Notes: generated by a model not told the origin, from the sequence alone. Counted from the stretch's first letter, positions 1 through 9,876 are shown. The stretch is DNA of 64,000 bases from Spirochaetia bacterium (GCA_965199955.1 CBDATQ010000002.1:544001-608000), one strand, 5' to 3'. Program-made: numbers and translations.

Positions 1-72
1 CGCGCCTACCAGGGGCTGGCCTTCTCGATCGGCTACATGAAGGCGTTGCTCGCCGCGCTCGCTACGGTCTGA
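1..72 (+). CDS. 3' end of a truncated CDS, possibly mannonate dehydratase family
   Basis: Frame 1 reads RAYQGLAFSIGYMKALLAALATV*, resembling the C-terminal GYMKAL helix of mannonate dehydratases; only 23 aa visible. Confidence 0.4.
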   Translation, partial: RAYQGLAFSIGYMKALLAALATV

Positions 73-90
73 CGGACGGTCCCGGCCGCC

Positions 91-869
91 TCAGGCGGGG
101 CCGAGATTGCGCCACCAGCGGACCTCGTTGCTGCCGCGCTCGGCGGCGGCGACGATATCCAGCCGGCCGTCCCGATCAAAGTCGACCAGGATCACTTGGT
201 CGGCCGCGGTCCACTCCTCCTTCAGGACCTGCATGCTCCATGGTCCGCGCGGGTCGCCGCCGTGCTTGAAGAGGGCCACTCGGCCGGCATCCTCCCATCC
301 CGTGGCCACCACCTCGATCCGGCCGTCGCGGTCGAAGTCGACGGCCAGGATGGTGCGCGGCTCGCCGATGCCCTCCTCGATGGTGTGCTTGACCCACCGG
401 TCCCCTTGGTTCTCGAACCAGGCGACCTCGTTGCCGATGCGCCAGTTGGTCGCGGCGACGTCGAGGTCGCCGTCTCCGTCCAGGTCGGCGACGGCCAGGT
501 CGTAGGCGCCGGGGAAGCCGCCCTCGGTAATGTAGTGGTGCGTCCACGAGCGGCGCTCGCGCGGATCGCCGTCGAAGGAGAACCACAGCAGGCTGCTGCC
601 CTTGTTGTCCACGCTGACGATCTCCGGGCGCCCGTCGCCGTCGATGTCGGCGATCTCGTGGCGCTCCAGCCACTCGCCCGCGCGCTCGTGGACGACGTGC
701 CGGGTGAAGCGCCCGCTGCCGTCGTTCTCGAACCAGTAGAGGCCGACGTCGGTGTCCATCGCCACGACGTCGGGAAAGCCGTTGCCTGTGAGGTCCACGG
801 TCGATATCCCGAACGCGTAGGAGAACCGTCCCCGATCAGTCCCTCTTCGAACCGGATGTGCTCCGCCAT
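91..869 (-). pseudogene. FG-GAP/VCBS-repeat protein with an apparent frameshift near 825 (pseudogene or sequencing error)
   Basis: Repeated D-x-D-G-D-G-x-x-D and WFEN motifs in the 91..1371 frame; the ATG at 869 (MAEHIRFEEGLIGDG) is in another frame and joins FSYAFGISTVDLTG only with one added base. Confidence 0.7.
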
Positions 870-940
870 GTGTCGCCCCCTCAGCCCGCGTGCCGGTGTT
901 GCCCGGACGGGCTCGCTGCCGGCAGACTGGGCCGCCCATC

Positions 941-3028
941 ATGAAGCGAATCGACCCGTGGGACACGCGTTTCGCCTTCTTCTGGTACAACGACCAGGAA
1001 ATCTTTCGCGACACCGATGCCGACCTGGCGCGCAAGGCGGAGGCGTTCGCCGACGTCGGCATAAACCACGTCATCACCTTCAGCGCCACCCACTTCCGCT
1101 GGTCCTTTCGCCGCCACTGGGACCTGCTGACCGAGACGCTGGCGCGCGTGGTGACCGCCTGCCACGCCGCCGGCATTCGCGTGACCGAGCACCACTCCAG
1201 CCATCTCACCCACAACCCGATCGACGAAGCGGGCGAACGCCAAGTGGAGCAGCGGCTCCGCACGCGCGGGTCGAGCCTGGCGTCGTGGCCCCACCTGCGC
1301 GAGGACTGCGACGCCGATCCGGTGATCGACGGCGTGCGGCTGTCGAGCTGGCGGCAGATCGACGGCCGCACCGGAACGTGGGCACGCTCGGCCTACGCGG
1401 GCCGCTACGACTACCAGGGCTGGACGTTCTGCTTCAACAATCCGCACTATCGGCGCGCCTACCTGGCCTACCTGGAGACGCTCTACGCGACCGGCATCGA
1501 CGGCATCATGACCGACGACGTCGAGTGGTTCGGCGCCGGTCACGCCTGCGCCTGCCCCATCTGTCGGCGCCTGTTCCGGGAGCAGACCGGTCACGATCTC
1601 CCGGAACCCGGGCCCGCCTGGGAGCGCTGGCACGGAGACCATGGCGATCCGTCCTACGTCGCCTGGCTGCGTTTCCGTACGTCCTCCACCACGGCCTTCC
1701 ACCAGGCGGTTTCCGACCACTACCGCGGGCTCGGCATCCGCCCGCTGCGGCCCAACTACAGCGAGCGGGTTCTCCACCGGGACCCCCACGGAATATCGCT
1801 GGAGGACCTGCCCGACCTCGACTGGATCTTCAAGGAGAACGACTACTCCACGATCGTGCGCTACTCATGGTGCTCCTGGGCGATCGAGGCGGCCCACCGC
1901 TTCGCCGTCGGCCGCTGGCGCGGCATCCCGCCGATGAGCATGTTCTACCCCGACCGGCCCGACACCGTGCGCTTCTGCTGGGCGCTGGCCATGAGCTGGG
2001 GCCACCTGTACCTGGCGACGCCGGAGGGCCGGTCCCTGGAGCGTGCCGAGAAGCGGCTGCGCCGCTTCGAGGTCGCCCATCCCGAGTTGCTGCGCCGGGT
2101 GCGGCGGGTGGCGTCGCTGAGCTTCTACGACTCGCGCGCCACGCGCGACCTGTACGAGCACGCCGAAGAGCGAAGTGTCGCCGGGCTGATCGCCTGGACG
2201 CAGGCGTGCTACCGGCGGAACGTGCCCTTCGACCTGTTCCAGCCGGAGGAGCTCGACCGCCTGCCGCTCTACCGCGTAGTGGTCCTCAACGAGGCTGCCT
2301 TCCTCGGCGACGCGGAGCTCGATGCGCTGCGCGGGTTCGTGCACGCCGGCGGCACGCTGGTATGGACCGGCGCCACCGGCAGCAGGGACGAGAGCGGCGC
2401 CGCTCGCGACGCCCGGGCGCTCGGCCGCTGCTGGGAGATCGCCTCGTTCGCGGCGGTGCCGGACGGTGCGCCGCCGGTCACCGCCCGCATCGGCGCCGGC
2501 CGGCTGGTGCTGGTGGCCGGCGACTACGCGCTGGAGCCGGTGGAGGGGATCGCCCGCCCGGAGGATGGCGGCCGCGAGGCACGGGTGCCGTGGCAGCCTG
2601 TATCGGCGGCCCAGGAGCGCCTGCGGGATGAGCTGGTCGCGTTCCTGTGCGGCCTGGCGGGCGGTGCCGATCTGGAGATCGAGGACCTGCCCGCCGGCGT
2701 GCTGGCGACCGTCTTCGTCACCGAGTGCGGGGACTCCCTGGTGGTCCACCTCGTGAACGCGGCGCAGACCCTGGTGGTGGCGGTGGGAGGGAGCATCGGC
2801 CACGACGACCCCATCCCGTTTCCGCGGTTCGCAGGCGGGCCGGCACGCATCACGCTCCGCACGCCGGGGGCTCTAGCGGGGCGTCCGGTGCGCCAGGCGC
2901 GCTATCACGATCCGGACGTGGCGGCGGCCCGCCCCGTGGCGGCAGAGGCCGCGGCCGGGCGGGTCACGGTCACTCTGGATCCGTCCTGGATCGGCGCCTA
3001 CGGACTGGTGCAGATCGAGCTCGACTGA
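941..3028 (+). CDS. Putative glycoside hydrolase (TIM barrel plus GH42-like trimerisation domain)
   Basis: CFNNPHY, IDGIMTDDV, CACPIC motifs and C-terminal VPFDLF...LRGFVHAGGTLVWTG; GC-rich codon usage. Confidence 0.65.
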   Translation: MKRIDPWDTRFAFFWYNDQEIFRDTDADLARKAEAFADVGINHVITFSATHFRWSFRRHWDLLTETLARVVTACHAAGIRVTEHHSSHLTHNPIDEAGERQVEQRLRTRGSSLASWPHLREDCDADPVIDGVRLSSWRQIDGRTGTWARSAYAGRYDYQGWTFCFNNPHYRRAYLAYLETLYATGIDGIMTDDVEWFGAGHACACPICRRLFREQTGHDLPEPGPAWERWHGDHGDPSYVAWLRFRTSSTTAFHQAVSDHYRGLGIRPLRPNYSERVLHRDPHGISLEDLPDLDWIFKENDYSTIVRYSWCSWAIEAAHRFAVGRWRGIPPMSMFYPDRPDTVRFCWALAMSWGHLYLATPEGRSLERAEKRLRRFEVAHPELLRRVRRVASLSFYDSRATRDLYEHAEERSVAGLIAWTQACYRRNVPFDLFQPEELDRLPLYRVVVLNEAAFLGDAELDALRGFVHAGGTLVWTGATGSRDESGAARDARALGRCWEIASFAAVPDGAPPVTARIGAGRLVLVAGDYALEPVEGIARPEDGGREARVPWQPVSAAQERLRDELVAFLCGLAGGADLEIEDLPAGVLATVFVTECGDSLVVHLVNAAQTLVVAVGGSIGHDDPIPFPRFAGGPARITLRTPGALAGRPVRQARYHDPDVAAARPVAAEAAAGRVTVTLDPSWIGAYGLVQIELD

Positions 3029-3567
3029 GCGAGCCTGAAGCTGCGTCGGTGGATCGTCGACGGTCCGTGCCGCCGCAGCCGCTCCCGGTGCGCGCGCGTG
3101 GCGTACCCGAAGTGCGACTCGAAGCCGTAGCGGCCGTCGATGCGGGCGTACCGGGCCATCCAGCGGTCGCGCGCGGTCTTGGCCAGGATCGATGCCGCCA
3201 TGATCTCCGGGATGCGAGCGTCGCCGTCGATCTCGGCCCGGCAGGAGGCTCCCAGGGCCGGCGTGAAGCGCCCGTCGACCAGCACCAGGTCCGGCGCGAG
3301 GTTCAGCCCGCGGCAGGCGCGCAGCATCGCCAGCAGCGTCGCGTGATGGATGTTGATGCGGTCGATCTCCTCCGGCCACGCCCAGCCGACGGCCCACGCA
3401 CGGGCGCGTCCGCGGATCAGCGGCGCCAGCTCTTCGCGGACCCGCGGGTCCACGACCTTGGAGTCATCCAGGCGGTCGTCCGGAAACGGGTCCCCCAGGA
3501 TCACCGCCGCGGCGGTGACCGGTCCCGCCAGCGGTCCCCGGCCTGCCTCGTCGATGCCGCAGACGAT
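2998..3567 (-). CDS. rnhB: Ribonuclease HII (start uncertain: ATC at 3567 or GTG at 3651)
   Basis: GIDEAGRGPLAGPV, LDDSK, VLVDG, AASILAKTARD, HRRSF motifs. Confidence 0.93.
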   Translation of the reverse strand: MVCGIDEAGRGPLAGPVTAAAVILGDPFPDDRLDDSKVVDPRVREELAPLIRGRARAWAVGWAWPEEIDRINIHHATLLAMLRACRGLNLAPDLVLVDGRFTPALGASCRAEIDGDARIPEIMAASILAKTARDRWMARYARIDGRYGFESHFGYATRAHRERLRRHGPSTIHRRSFRLAQSSSICTSP

Positions 3568-3583
3568 CGTTCCCCCTCCCGGT

Positions 3584-3613
3584 TTGACGCTGATTCGACC
3601 GCGATGGTAGCGT
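3584..3613 (+). promoter_or_regulatory. sigma70-type promoter for smc, overlapping a divergent -10 for rnhB
   Basis: TTGACG(3584-3589)-N18-TAGCGT(3608-3613) with TGn extension; minus-strand TACCAT at 3604-3609. Confidence 0.5.
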
Positions 3614-3654
3614 CGGGCGAGGCAAGCCCACAACGCGTGCGCTGTGCTCACATC

Positions 3655-6426
3655 ATGAGCGGGCAGCTACTGAAGCGGGTCGAACTCCTCGGCTTCAAGT
3701 CCTTTGCCGACCGCACGGTACTGGAGTTCGGCCCCGAAGTGTCCGCGCTGGTCGGACCGAACGGCTGCGGCAAGAGCAACATCGTTGACGCCATCCGCTG
3801 GGCGCTGGGCGAGCAGGCGCCCCGCTCTCTGCGCGCCGAGCGCATGGAGGACGTGATCTTCGACGGCGCCGGCAGCCGGCGGTCGATGAGCGTGGCCGAG
3901 GTCACGCTGGTGTTCTCCAACGAGAACGGACGGTTGCCGATCGACTCCGCGGAGGTTGGCGTCAAGCGCCGCCTGTACCGCTCCGGCGAGAGCCAGTACT
4001 TCGTCAACAACACGCAGAGCCGGCTGCGCGACGTGCGCGAGGTGCTTGCCGATACCGGTCTTGCCACCTCCGGTTACGCATCGCTGGAACAGGGAAGGAT
4101 CGACCGGATCCTCTCGGACAAGCCCGAGGAGCGTCGCGAGGTCTTCGAGGAGGCGGCCGGCATCCTGTCCTACCGCACCCGCGCCGTCGAAGCCGAGCGC
4201 GAGCTGAAACAGGCGGCGGCCAACGTGGCGCAGGTGGAGAACGTCCGGCGCGAGGTGCAGCGCCGTTACGAGACCCTGCGCGTGCAGTCGCAGGCTGCCG
4301 AGCGCTACCGCTCCCTGCGCGCGCAGGCCTTCGACGTCGAGCGCGACCAGGAACTGCTGCGTCTGCGCGCCCTGCGGGATCGCCGCCAGCGGATCGAGAA
4401 GCGCCTTTCGCGGGAGACGCAGAACCGAGACGAGGTCCAGAACGAGATCGACGCGGCCGCGACCAGCGCGCGCAATCATCGGGCCGCTGTGGAGCGCCTG
4501 GAGGACGAGCGCGCTGCGTCCCAGGAACGCCTGTACGAGATCGCCACCGCCATGAGCGGGGCCGGGAGCGAAATACGGCTCGGCCGCGAGCGCGTCGATG
4601 AGCTGGAAGCGAGCATGCACTCGTACCACAGCCGCGACCAGGCGCTCGCGAAGCGCATCCGCGCCCGGGGAACCGAGGTCGAAACCGCTCGTGCCGGGCT
4701 GACCGAAGCGGAACGGGATGCCGCGGACGCGGAGTCGAAGGCGGCTGCCGACCGTGGAGATGCCGCGGCGGTGGGCGCGCAGATCGCCGAAACGGAGCGG
4801 CGCATCGCCGATGCAGCCGCGCGGGCAGCATCGCACGAACAGCGCCTGGACGGCCTGCGCGACCAGCTTCGCAAGGTCACCGACGAGATCGTCACCGAGC
4901 TCGATCAGCGGCTGGGCCAGGGGATGGAGTCCACCCCGTCCGCAGCGCTCGGCAACGATGTTGCCGAGTCGCTTGCGCGGTTCCGTCATGACCTCGGCCG
5001 GCTCGCGGTCTCGGCAGCGCGGGTGGACACCGAGGAACTCGCGCGGCGGCTCGGGGATCTGGTGGAGGCGGCCGAGGGTTTGATGAAGGGGTTCGCCCGC
5101 TATCGCGAGACCACCGGATCGCTGCTCGACGATCTGATCTCTTCGGAAGGGATCGTCACCCACAAGCGGGCGATCGACCGTGACATGGGAGAGACCTTCT
5201 GGGCGATCGCCGAGCTCCGCAAGCAGAGCGAGGAGTTGCGGCGGGCCAATCGCGAGCGCGCCGAACGGCAGGGCCGGTTGCGCGACGCGGTGCAGGAGAG
5301 CCAGGTGGCCGCCGCGCGGGCGCAGGAACAGGCTGCCGCGCTGCGCACGCAGCTCGCCGCCGCGCAGCGGCAGCTCGACGAGCAGCGCCAGATCCGCGCG
5401 GATCTGGCCTCGGAGGAACACCAGACCGCGGAGGCGATCCGGGCGCTGGCGTCCAGCACCTCCGATCGCGAGCGGGAGAAGGCGTTCCTGGACCGGGAGC
5501 ATGATCGGCTGCAGAGGGAGCTGGGCCGCGCCTCGGCGCAGCTCGCCGCGCATCGCCGCGAGATGGACCGGATCGACCAGGCCGCGCAGCAGCGCTCGGC
5601 GCGGCTGCGGCAGGCGCAGGAGACGCTGGAGCGAGTTCGGGTGGAGCTCGCCGAGGTGGAGGCGGAAGACAAGGCCATCCGCCACACCTTCGCGCAGACC
5701 CACTCCCAGCGCCTGGAAGAGCACTCCGAGCGGCTCGAGCAGATCGAGGCCACGCCGCGGGAGTTGCGCGACCGACTGGGCCGGCTACGGGAACGGATCC
5801 GCGGCCTCGGGCAGATCAACCTGCTCGCTCCGGAGGAGTTCAAGGAGGTGGCCGAGCGCTACCGGTTCCTGACCGGGCAGCTCGAGGACCTGAGCCAGGC
5901 GCGCGCCGACCTGGAACGGGTGACCGAAGAGATCCAGCGCGAATCCGCCGAGCGGTTCGGAGCCTCCTTCCAGGCCATCGCCGGTGCGTTCCGGGACATC
6001 TTCCGCCGGCTGTTCGGCGGCGGCCGCGCCGAGTTGAAGCTCCGGAGTCAGGACGTGCTTGAGGCCGGCGTCGACATCCTGGCGCAGCCGCCCGGCCGCA
6101 AGCTGGAGAACGTGGGACTGTTGTCCGGAGGGGAGCGGTCGCTGACCGCGGTGGCGCTGATGTTCGCCATGTACTCGGTCAAGCCGTCACCGTTCTGCGT
6201 GCTCGACGAGCTGGACGCCGCGCTGGACGACGAGAACATCGGCCGCTTCGTCGGGCTCCTGGAAGAGTTCGCGCACGACTCTCAGTTCCTGATCGTCACC
6301 CACAACAAGCGCACCATCGCCGCCGCCGCGAACCTGTACGGGGTTACCATGGAGGAGCCGGGCGTCTCCAAGCTGGTGACCCTGCGCATGCCGGAGCGCG
6401 CCGAGCGCGAACCGGTTCCGGCGTAG
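3655..6426 (+). CDS. smc: Chromosome segregation protein SMC, short form (923 aa)
   Basis: GFKSF, Walker A GPNGCGKSN, long coiled coils, LSGGE signature, Walker B VLDELDAALD, VTHN. Confidence 0.93.
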   Translation: MSGQLLKRVELLGFKSFADRTVLEFGPEVSALVGPNGCGKSNIVDAIRWALGEQAPRSLRAERMEDVIFDGAGSRRSMSVAEVTLVFSNENGRLPIDSAEVGVKRRLYRSGESQYFVNNTQSRLRDVREVLADTGLATSGYASLEQGRIDRILSDKPEERREVFEEAAGILSYRTRAVEAERELKQAAANVAQVENVRREVQRRYETLRVQSQAAERYRSLRAQAFDVERDQELLRLRALRDRRQRIEKRLSRETQNRDEVQNEIDAAATSARNHRAAVERLEDERAASQERLYEIATAMSGAGSEIRLGRERVDELEASMHSYHSRDQALAKRIRARGTEVETARAGLTEAERDAADAESKAAADRGDAAAVGAQIAETERRIADAAARAASHEQRLDGLRDQLRKVTDEIVTELDQRLGQGMESTPSAALGNDVAESLARFRHDLGRLAVSAARVDTEELARRLGDLVEAAEGLMKGFARYRETTGSLLDDLISSEGIVTHKRAIDRDMGETFWAIAELRKQSEELRRANRERAERQGRLRDAVQESQVAAARAQEQAAALRTQLAAAQRQLDEQRQIRADLASEEHQTAEAIRALASSTSDREREKAFLDREHDRLQRELGRASAQLAAHRREMDRIDQAAQQRSARLRQAQETLERVRVELAEVEAEDKAIRHTFAQTHSQRLEEHSERLEQIEATPRELRDRLGRLRERIRGLGQINLLAPEEFKEVAERYRFLTGQLEDLSQARADLERVTEEIQRESAERFGASFQAIAGAFRDIFRRLFGGGRAELKLRSQDVLEAGVDILAQPPGRKLENVGLLSGGERSLTAVALMFAMYSVKPSPFCVLDELDAALDDENIGRFVGLLEEFAHDSQFLIVTHNKRTIAAAANLYGVTMEEPGVSKLVTLRMPERAEREPVPA

Positions 6427-6488
6427 TGGTACGGACCGTGCGCGCCGCGTCGTCTGCAAGGGCAGGGGCTTCTGCCGGGCAGGCCGAA

Positions 6489-6517
6489 TTGCCTGCGCCA
6501 GCGGACGGGCCTATCAT
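6489..6517 (+). promoter_or_regulatory. sigma70-type promoter for the FtsH-like gene
   Basis: TTGCCT(6489-6494)-N17-TATCAT(6512-6517), 23 nt before ATG 6541. Confidence 0.5.
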
Positions 6518-6540
6518 CGGAGAGGCAGAAGACAAAGCAC

Positions 6541-8493
6541 ATGAGTGATCAGGAACGAAACGAACCGCAGGCGGAGGAATCGTCGGACTCGCACGGACAG
6601 GAAGGGGCCGGACCGGAGCCCTCCCGGGAGAGGTTCTGGCAGGGCGTGAGCGTCCCTGACCTGGTCAAGCAGCGCATCGATGTCATCAAGGCGCAGCAGA
6701 GCCGCGGCCGCAAGCTGCTGATGGCGTTGCGCAAGTTCTACGCCATCCTGCCGATCGCGGCGTTCATCTATTTCTCCCTCACCAATCCGACATTCCAGAA
6801 CACGGTGCTCGCCATCCTGCAATTTGCGGTGCAGCTCCTGTTCGCGATCTTCTACGCGATTATCCAGTTCGTCGCCATTTTCTGGTTCATGGCCCGATCG
6901 AAGGTGGAGAAGGTCCGGCCCACCGACCCCAAGTCGATCACCTTCGACGACTACTGGGGGCAGCCCAACCTGAAGGCACTGGTCCGGCAATGGTTGGGCC
7001 TGCTGGCCGACCGCAGGGAGTTCGTGCAGATGGGCGGCCGCTACATCAACGGCCTGTTGCTGTACGGCCCACCGGGCACCGGCAAGACCATGCTCGCCAA
7101 GGCGATGGCGGGTGAGGCCGGGGTCGCGTTCATTTCCATAGAAGGCTCGGGATTCCGGGCGATGTTCGTGGGCGTGGACGTCCTGAAGATGATCTGGTTT
7201 ATCCGCAAGGCACGCAAGTACGCCCGCCGCTACGGCGCCTGCATCGCCTACATCGACGAGATCGACGCGGTCGGACAGTCGCGTGGCGGCGTCCAGGGAG
7301 ACAACAGTACGTTCGCCGGCGGCGGGATGTTTGGTGGCGGAACCGGCGCCCTGACGCGGCTGCTCTACGAGATGGACGGCGTCGATCAGCGTTCCCTGAA
7401 GGAGCGAATGGTCGCCAAGCTCTACCAACTGCGCGGCAAGAAGCCGCCTGCGCGGAATTGGCACGTCCTGTTCATGGGCTCCACCAACCGCCCCGACGTG
7501 CTGGACCCGGCGCTGACGCGGCCGGGCCGCTTCGACCAGATGATCGAGGTGGGACTGCCGGACCGTTCCGGCCGTCGCGCCATCGTCGAGGGCTACCTGT
7601 CGACCATCCGCCACGACGACTCGGTCGACGTGGAGGCGATCGTGTCCAACACGCCCGGCGCCTCACCGGCGCAGATGATGGCGGCGCTGACCAAGGACAC
7701 GGTACGCATCGCCCTGTTCGAGCACCGCAACGTGGTCACACAGCGCGACATCGACCGTGCGCTGATCCACCAGTTGGCGGGCATGGAGAACCCGATCGAG
7801 GAGATGGATCCGGAACAGCGCCGTTCCATCGCCGTGCACGAGGCCGGACACGCTGTGGTCGTGCACTACGTGCTCCCGGAGAAGCGGATCGGCCACCTGA
7901 CGATCCTGGCGCGCGGCCAGACGCTCGGCTTCATGCTGCCGCTCGACGAGGTGGAGCAGTACTCGTATCCGCTGCGCCGGATCGTCGCCGACATCATGGT
8001 CGCGTTGGGCGGACACGCGGCCGTGCGGATCGTGTACGGCGAGGAGTGGACCGGCGCCTACAGCGACTACCGTCAGGCGCGAGACCGTTTCCGACATCTG
8101 TATTCACTCGGCTACTTCGGTCCTCCGACAGGATGGATTTCCAGCATGGCCGACGAGCTGGGCGCTCCGTCGGGCGCGCCGCCGCCGGAAGTCAACCGCC
8201 TCTGGCAGGATCTGGAGGATCGGACGGAGCGGTTGCTGCGCGATCATCGGGGCGAGTTGATGGCTCTTACCGACGCCCTGCTGGAGCGCAGCGAGCTCAA
8301 TACTGGCGAAGTGCTGGAGCTCCTCGGGCCGAACGGTCACAACGGCACGAACGGCCACGGCCGGCCTCCGTCCGTGGCCGGCGGGCCGAGCGGGGCGCTG
8401 CCCGGCAACCTCTCCGCGCGTGACCTGATCGACGAGCCGTCGGACCCGCCGGATGACGGCGGCACCGAGCCGCCTGAGGAGCCCGCCCGGTAG
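6541..8493 (+). CDS. FtsH-like membrane AAA+ zinc metalloprotease (M41), divergent
   Basis: Two adjacent TM helices, GPPGTGKT, pore loop MFVG, YIDEID, TNRPDVLDPALTRPGRFD, HEAGH, GAYSD. Confidence 0.88.
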   Translation: MSDQERNEPQAEESSDSHGQEGAGPEPSRERFWQGVSVPDLVKQRIDVIKAQQSRGRKLLMALRKFYAILPIAAFIYFSLTNPTFQNTVLAILQFAVQLLFAIFYAIIQFVAIFWFMARSKVEKVRPTDPKSITFDDYWGQPNLKALVRQWLGLLADRREFVQMGGRYINGLLLYGPPGTGKTMLAKAMAGEAGVAFISIEGSGFRAMFVGVDVLKMIWFIRKARKYARRYGACIAYIDEIDAVGQSRGGVQGDNSTFAGGGMFGGGTGALTRLLYEMDGVDQRSLKERMVAKLYQLRGKKPPARNWHVLFMGSTNRPDVLDPALTRPGRFDQMIEVGLPDRSGRRAIVEGYLSTIRHDDSVDVEAIVSNTPGASPAQMMAALTKDTVRIALFEHRNVVTQRDIDRALIHQLAGMENPIEEMDPEQRRSIAVHEAGHAVVVHYVLPEKRIGHLTILARGQTLGFMLPLDEVEQYSYPLRRIVADIMVALGGHAAVRIVYGEEWTGAYSDYRQARDRFRHLYSLGYFGPPTGWISSMADELGAPSGAPPPEVNRLWQDLEDRTERLLRDHRGELMALTDALLERSELNTGEVLELLGPNGHNGTNGHGRPPSVAGGPSGALPGNLSARDLIDEPSDPPDDGGTEPPEEPAR

Positions 8494-8520
8494 GACCCGC
8501 GGCCGCGCGGACCGACGGCC

Positions 8521-9876
8521 CTATCGAATCGACCAGGACCCCAGGTCGCCGCGGGTGACGAAGCGCGGTTCGAGGTTGCCCGAAGCCGATCCCAGGAAGA
8601 TGCCGGGGAAGCCGCCGCGCGCCACCGCGGAGAACACCAGCCAGTTGCCGTCCGGCGACCAGATGCTCCCGGAGCGCGTGTGCTGATCGAAGAACTGCAG
8701 GGCGCCCAAGCTGCCGCGCGTGATCGGAAAGGTGGCGACCTTCCAGGATTCTCCCGAGCGGGCATCCATCACCCGCAGGTGCACGTAGATCTGCTCGGGG
8801 TCGGCGGCGAACACCGGCTCCACCACGAGCTGCTGGAGCTCCGCCGCGCTCACCGGTACCAGATAGGCGATCTGGCGGCTGTTGGGAGCCCAGAAGAAGG
8901 CGATGACCGTTGGCTCCTCCAGCTCCACCGAGCGCTCCAGCCGGCCCGGCACCAGCACGCGGAGCGTGCCGTCGGCCGAGAGCTGTGGCGTTGACGACTC
9001 CATGATCGCGACGCGCCTCCCGTCGCGGGAGAAGCTGAAGAAGGCGCTGCCGGACACGGTCTTGAGCACGTCCAGGCCCGGACCCTCGATGTCCCGCAGC
9101 ACAAGCTGGGCCGATCCCGACTCGCTGTCTACATACAGCATGCGTTCGCCGTCGGGAGACACCTGCGGCGACTGGAAGCGTGCTGGGCGCACGTTGAAGT
9201 TGCGCTTCCCGGTTGCGCCGCGGACGTCCAGCAGCGTGAGGCGACCGCCCGACGTCGTGCCGCCGCCGACGTGGGCCAGCATGAAACGGTTGCCGGGGTC
9301 CCACGCCCAGTACAGTGGCAGCCCCGTGTCGAGCGGCTTGTAGCTCAGCTTGCCGGAGGGATCCATCAGGCCGAGCTCCATGCCGTCCTCCGCGGTGCGC
9401 TGGGACAGCACGCTGATCCAGCGGCTGTCCGGGGACCAGTACAGGTAGACCGGTGCGAGCTCGGCGCTCTCCCAGACCGCCTGTGGATTGCGCGAGCCTG
9501 AGTCGCTGGTGAGGATCGCCGCGTCGAGGCTGCCGTCGGTCTGCTGGTCGAAGCGGACGAAGGCGAGGCGGCGGCCCCGTGCCGACCAGGTCGGAGACGA
9601 GTACCAGCGGCGCACGCCTTCGCGGCTGCCGGCGTCATCGGTGAGCTGCGTGAGGCGTCCGCCGGTCTGGTCCGCCGTCGCGATGTTGCCGTCCAGAGCG
9701 ATGAACGCGATCAGCCCCGACTTGCGCTCGAAGCGCTCCAGCAGGGAGTTCTGCGACATCTGCGCGCCCCGCACCGAGCAGGACACCAGCAGGGCGGCGG
9801 CCAGGGGGAGCAGCAGGAGCGCCTGCAGCGTGCGGCGTCCCGGTGGATGCGGCACTGGCGGCTTCAGGTTCGTCAC
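8521..9876 (-). CDS. TolB/PD40-like beta-propeller lipoprotein, paralog 2
   Basis: Repeated WSPD/WAPN/SPDG motifs; lipobox-like LLVSC; GTGA overlap with upstream stop (alternative ATG 9882). Confidence 0.82.
   Translation of the reverse strand: MTNLKPPVPHPPGRRTLQALLLLPLAAALLVSCSVRGAQMSQNSLLERFERKSGLIAFIALDGNIATADQTGGRLTQLTDDAGSREGVRRWYSSPTWSARGRRLAFVRFDQQTDGSLDAAILTSDSGSRNPQAVWESAELAPVYLYWSPDSRWISVLSQRTAEDGMELGLMDPSGKLSYKPLDTGLPLYWAWDPGNRFMLAHVGGGTTSGGRLTLLDVRGATGKRNFNVRPARFQSPQVSPDGERMLYVDSESGSAQLVLRDIEGPGLDVLKTVSGSAFFSFSRDGRRVAIMESSTPQLSADGTLRVLVPGRLERSVELEEPTVIAFFWAPNSRQIAYLVPVSAAELQQLVVEPVFAADPEQIYVHLRVMDARSGESWKVATFPITRGSLGALQFFDQHTRSGSIWSPDGNWLVFSAVARGGFPGIFLGSASGNLEPRFVTRGDLGSWSIR

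Noticed and set aside
2647..3654. N-terminal extension of SMC in the ORF track
   Set aside because: Overlaps the GH gene and rnhB; SMC motifs begin at ATG 3655, which has its own promoter.
6469..6531. CTTCTGCC/GGCAGAAG pairing as an RNA thermometer for the FtsH-like gene
   Set aside because: The predicted promoter (6489-6517) lies between the arms, so the 5' arm would not be in that transcript.
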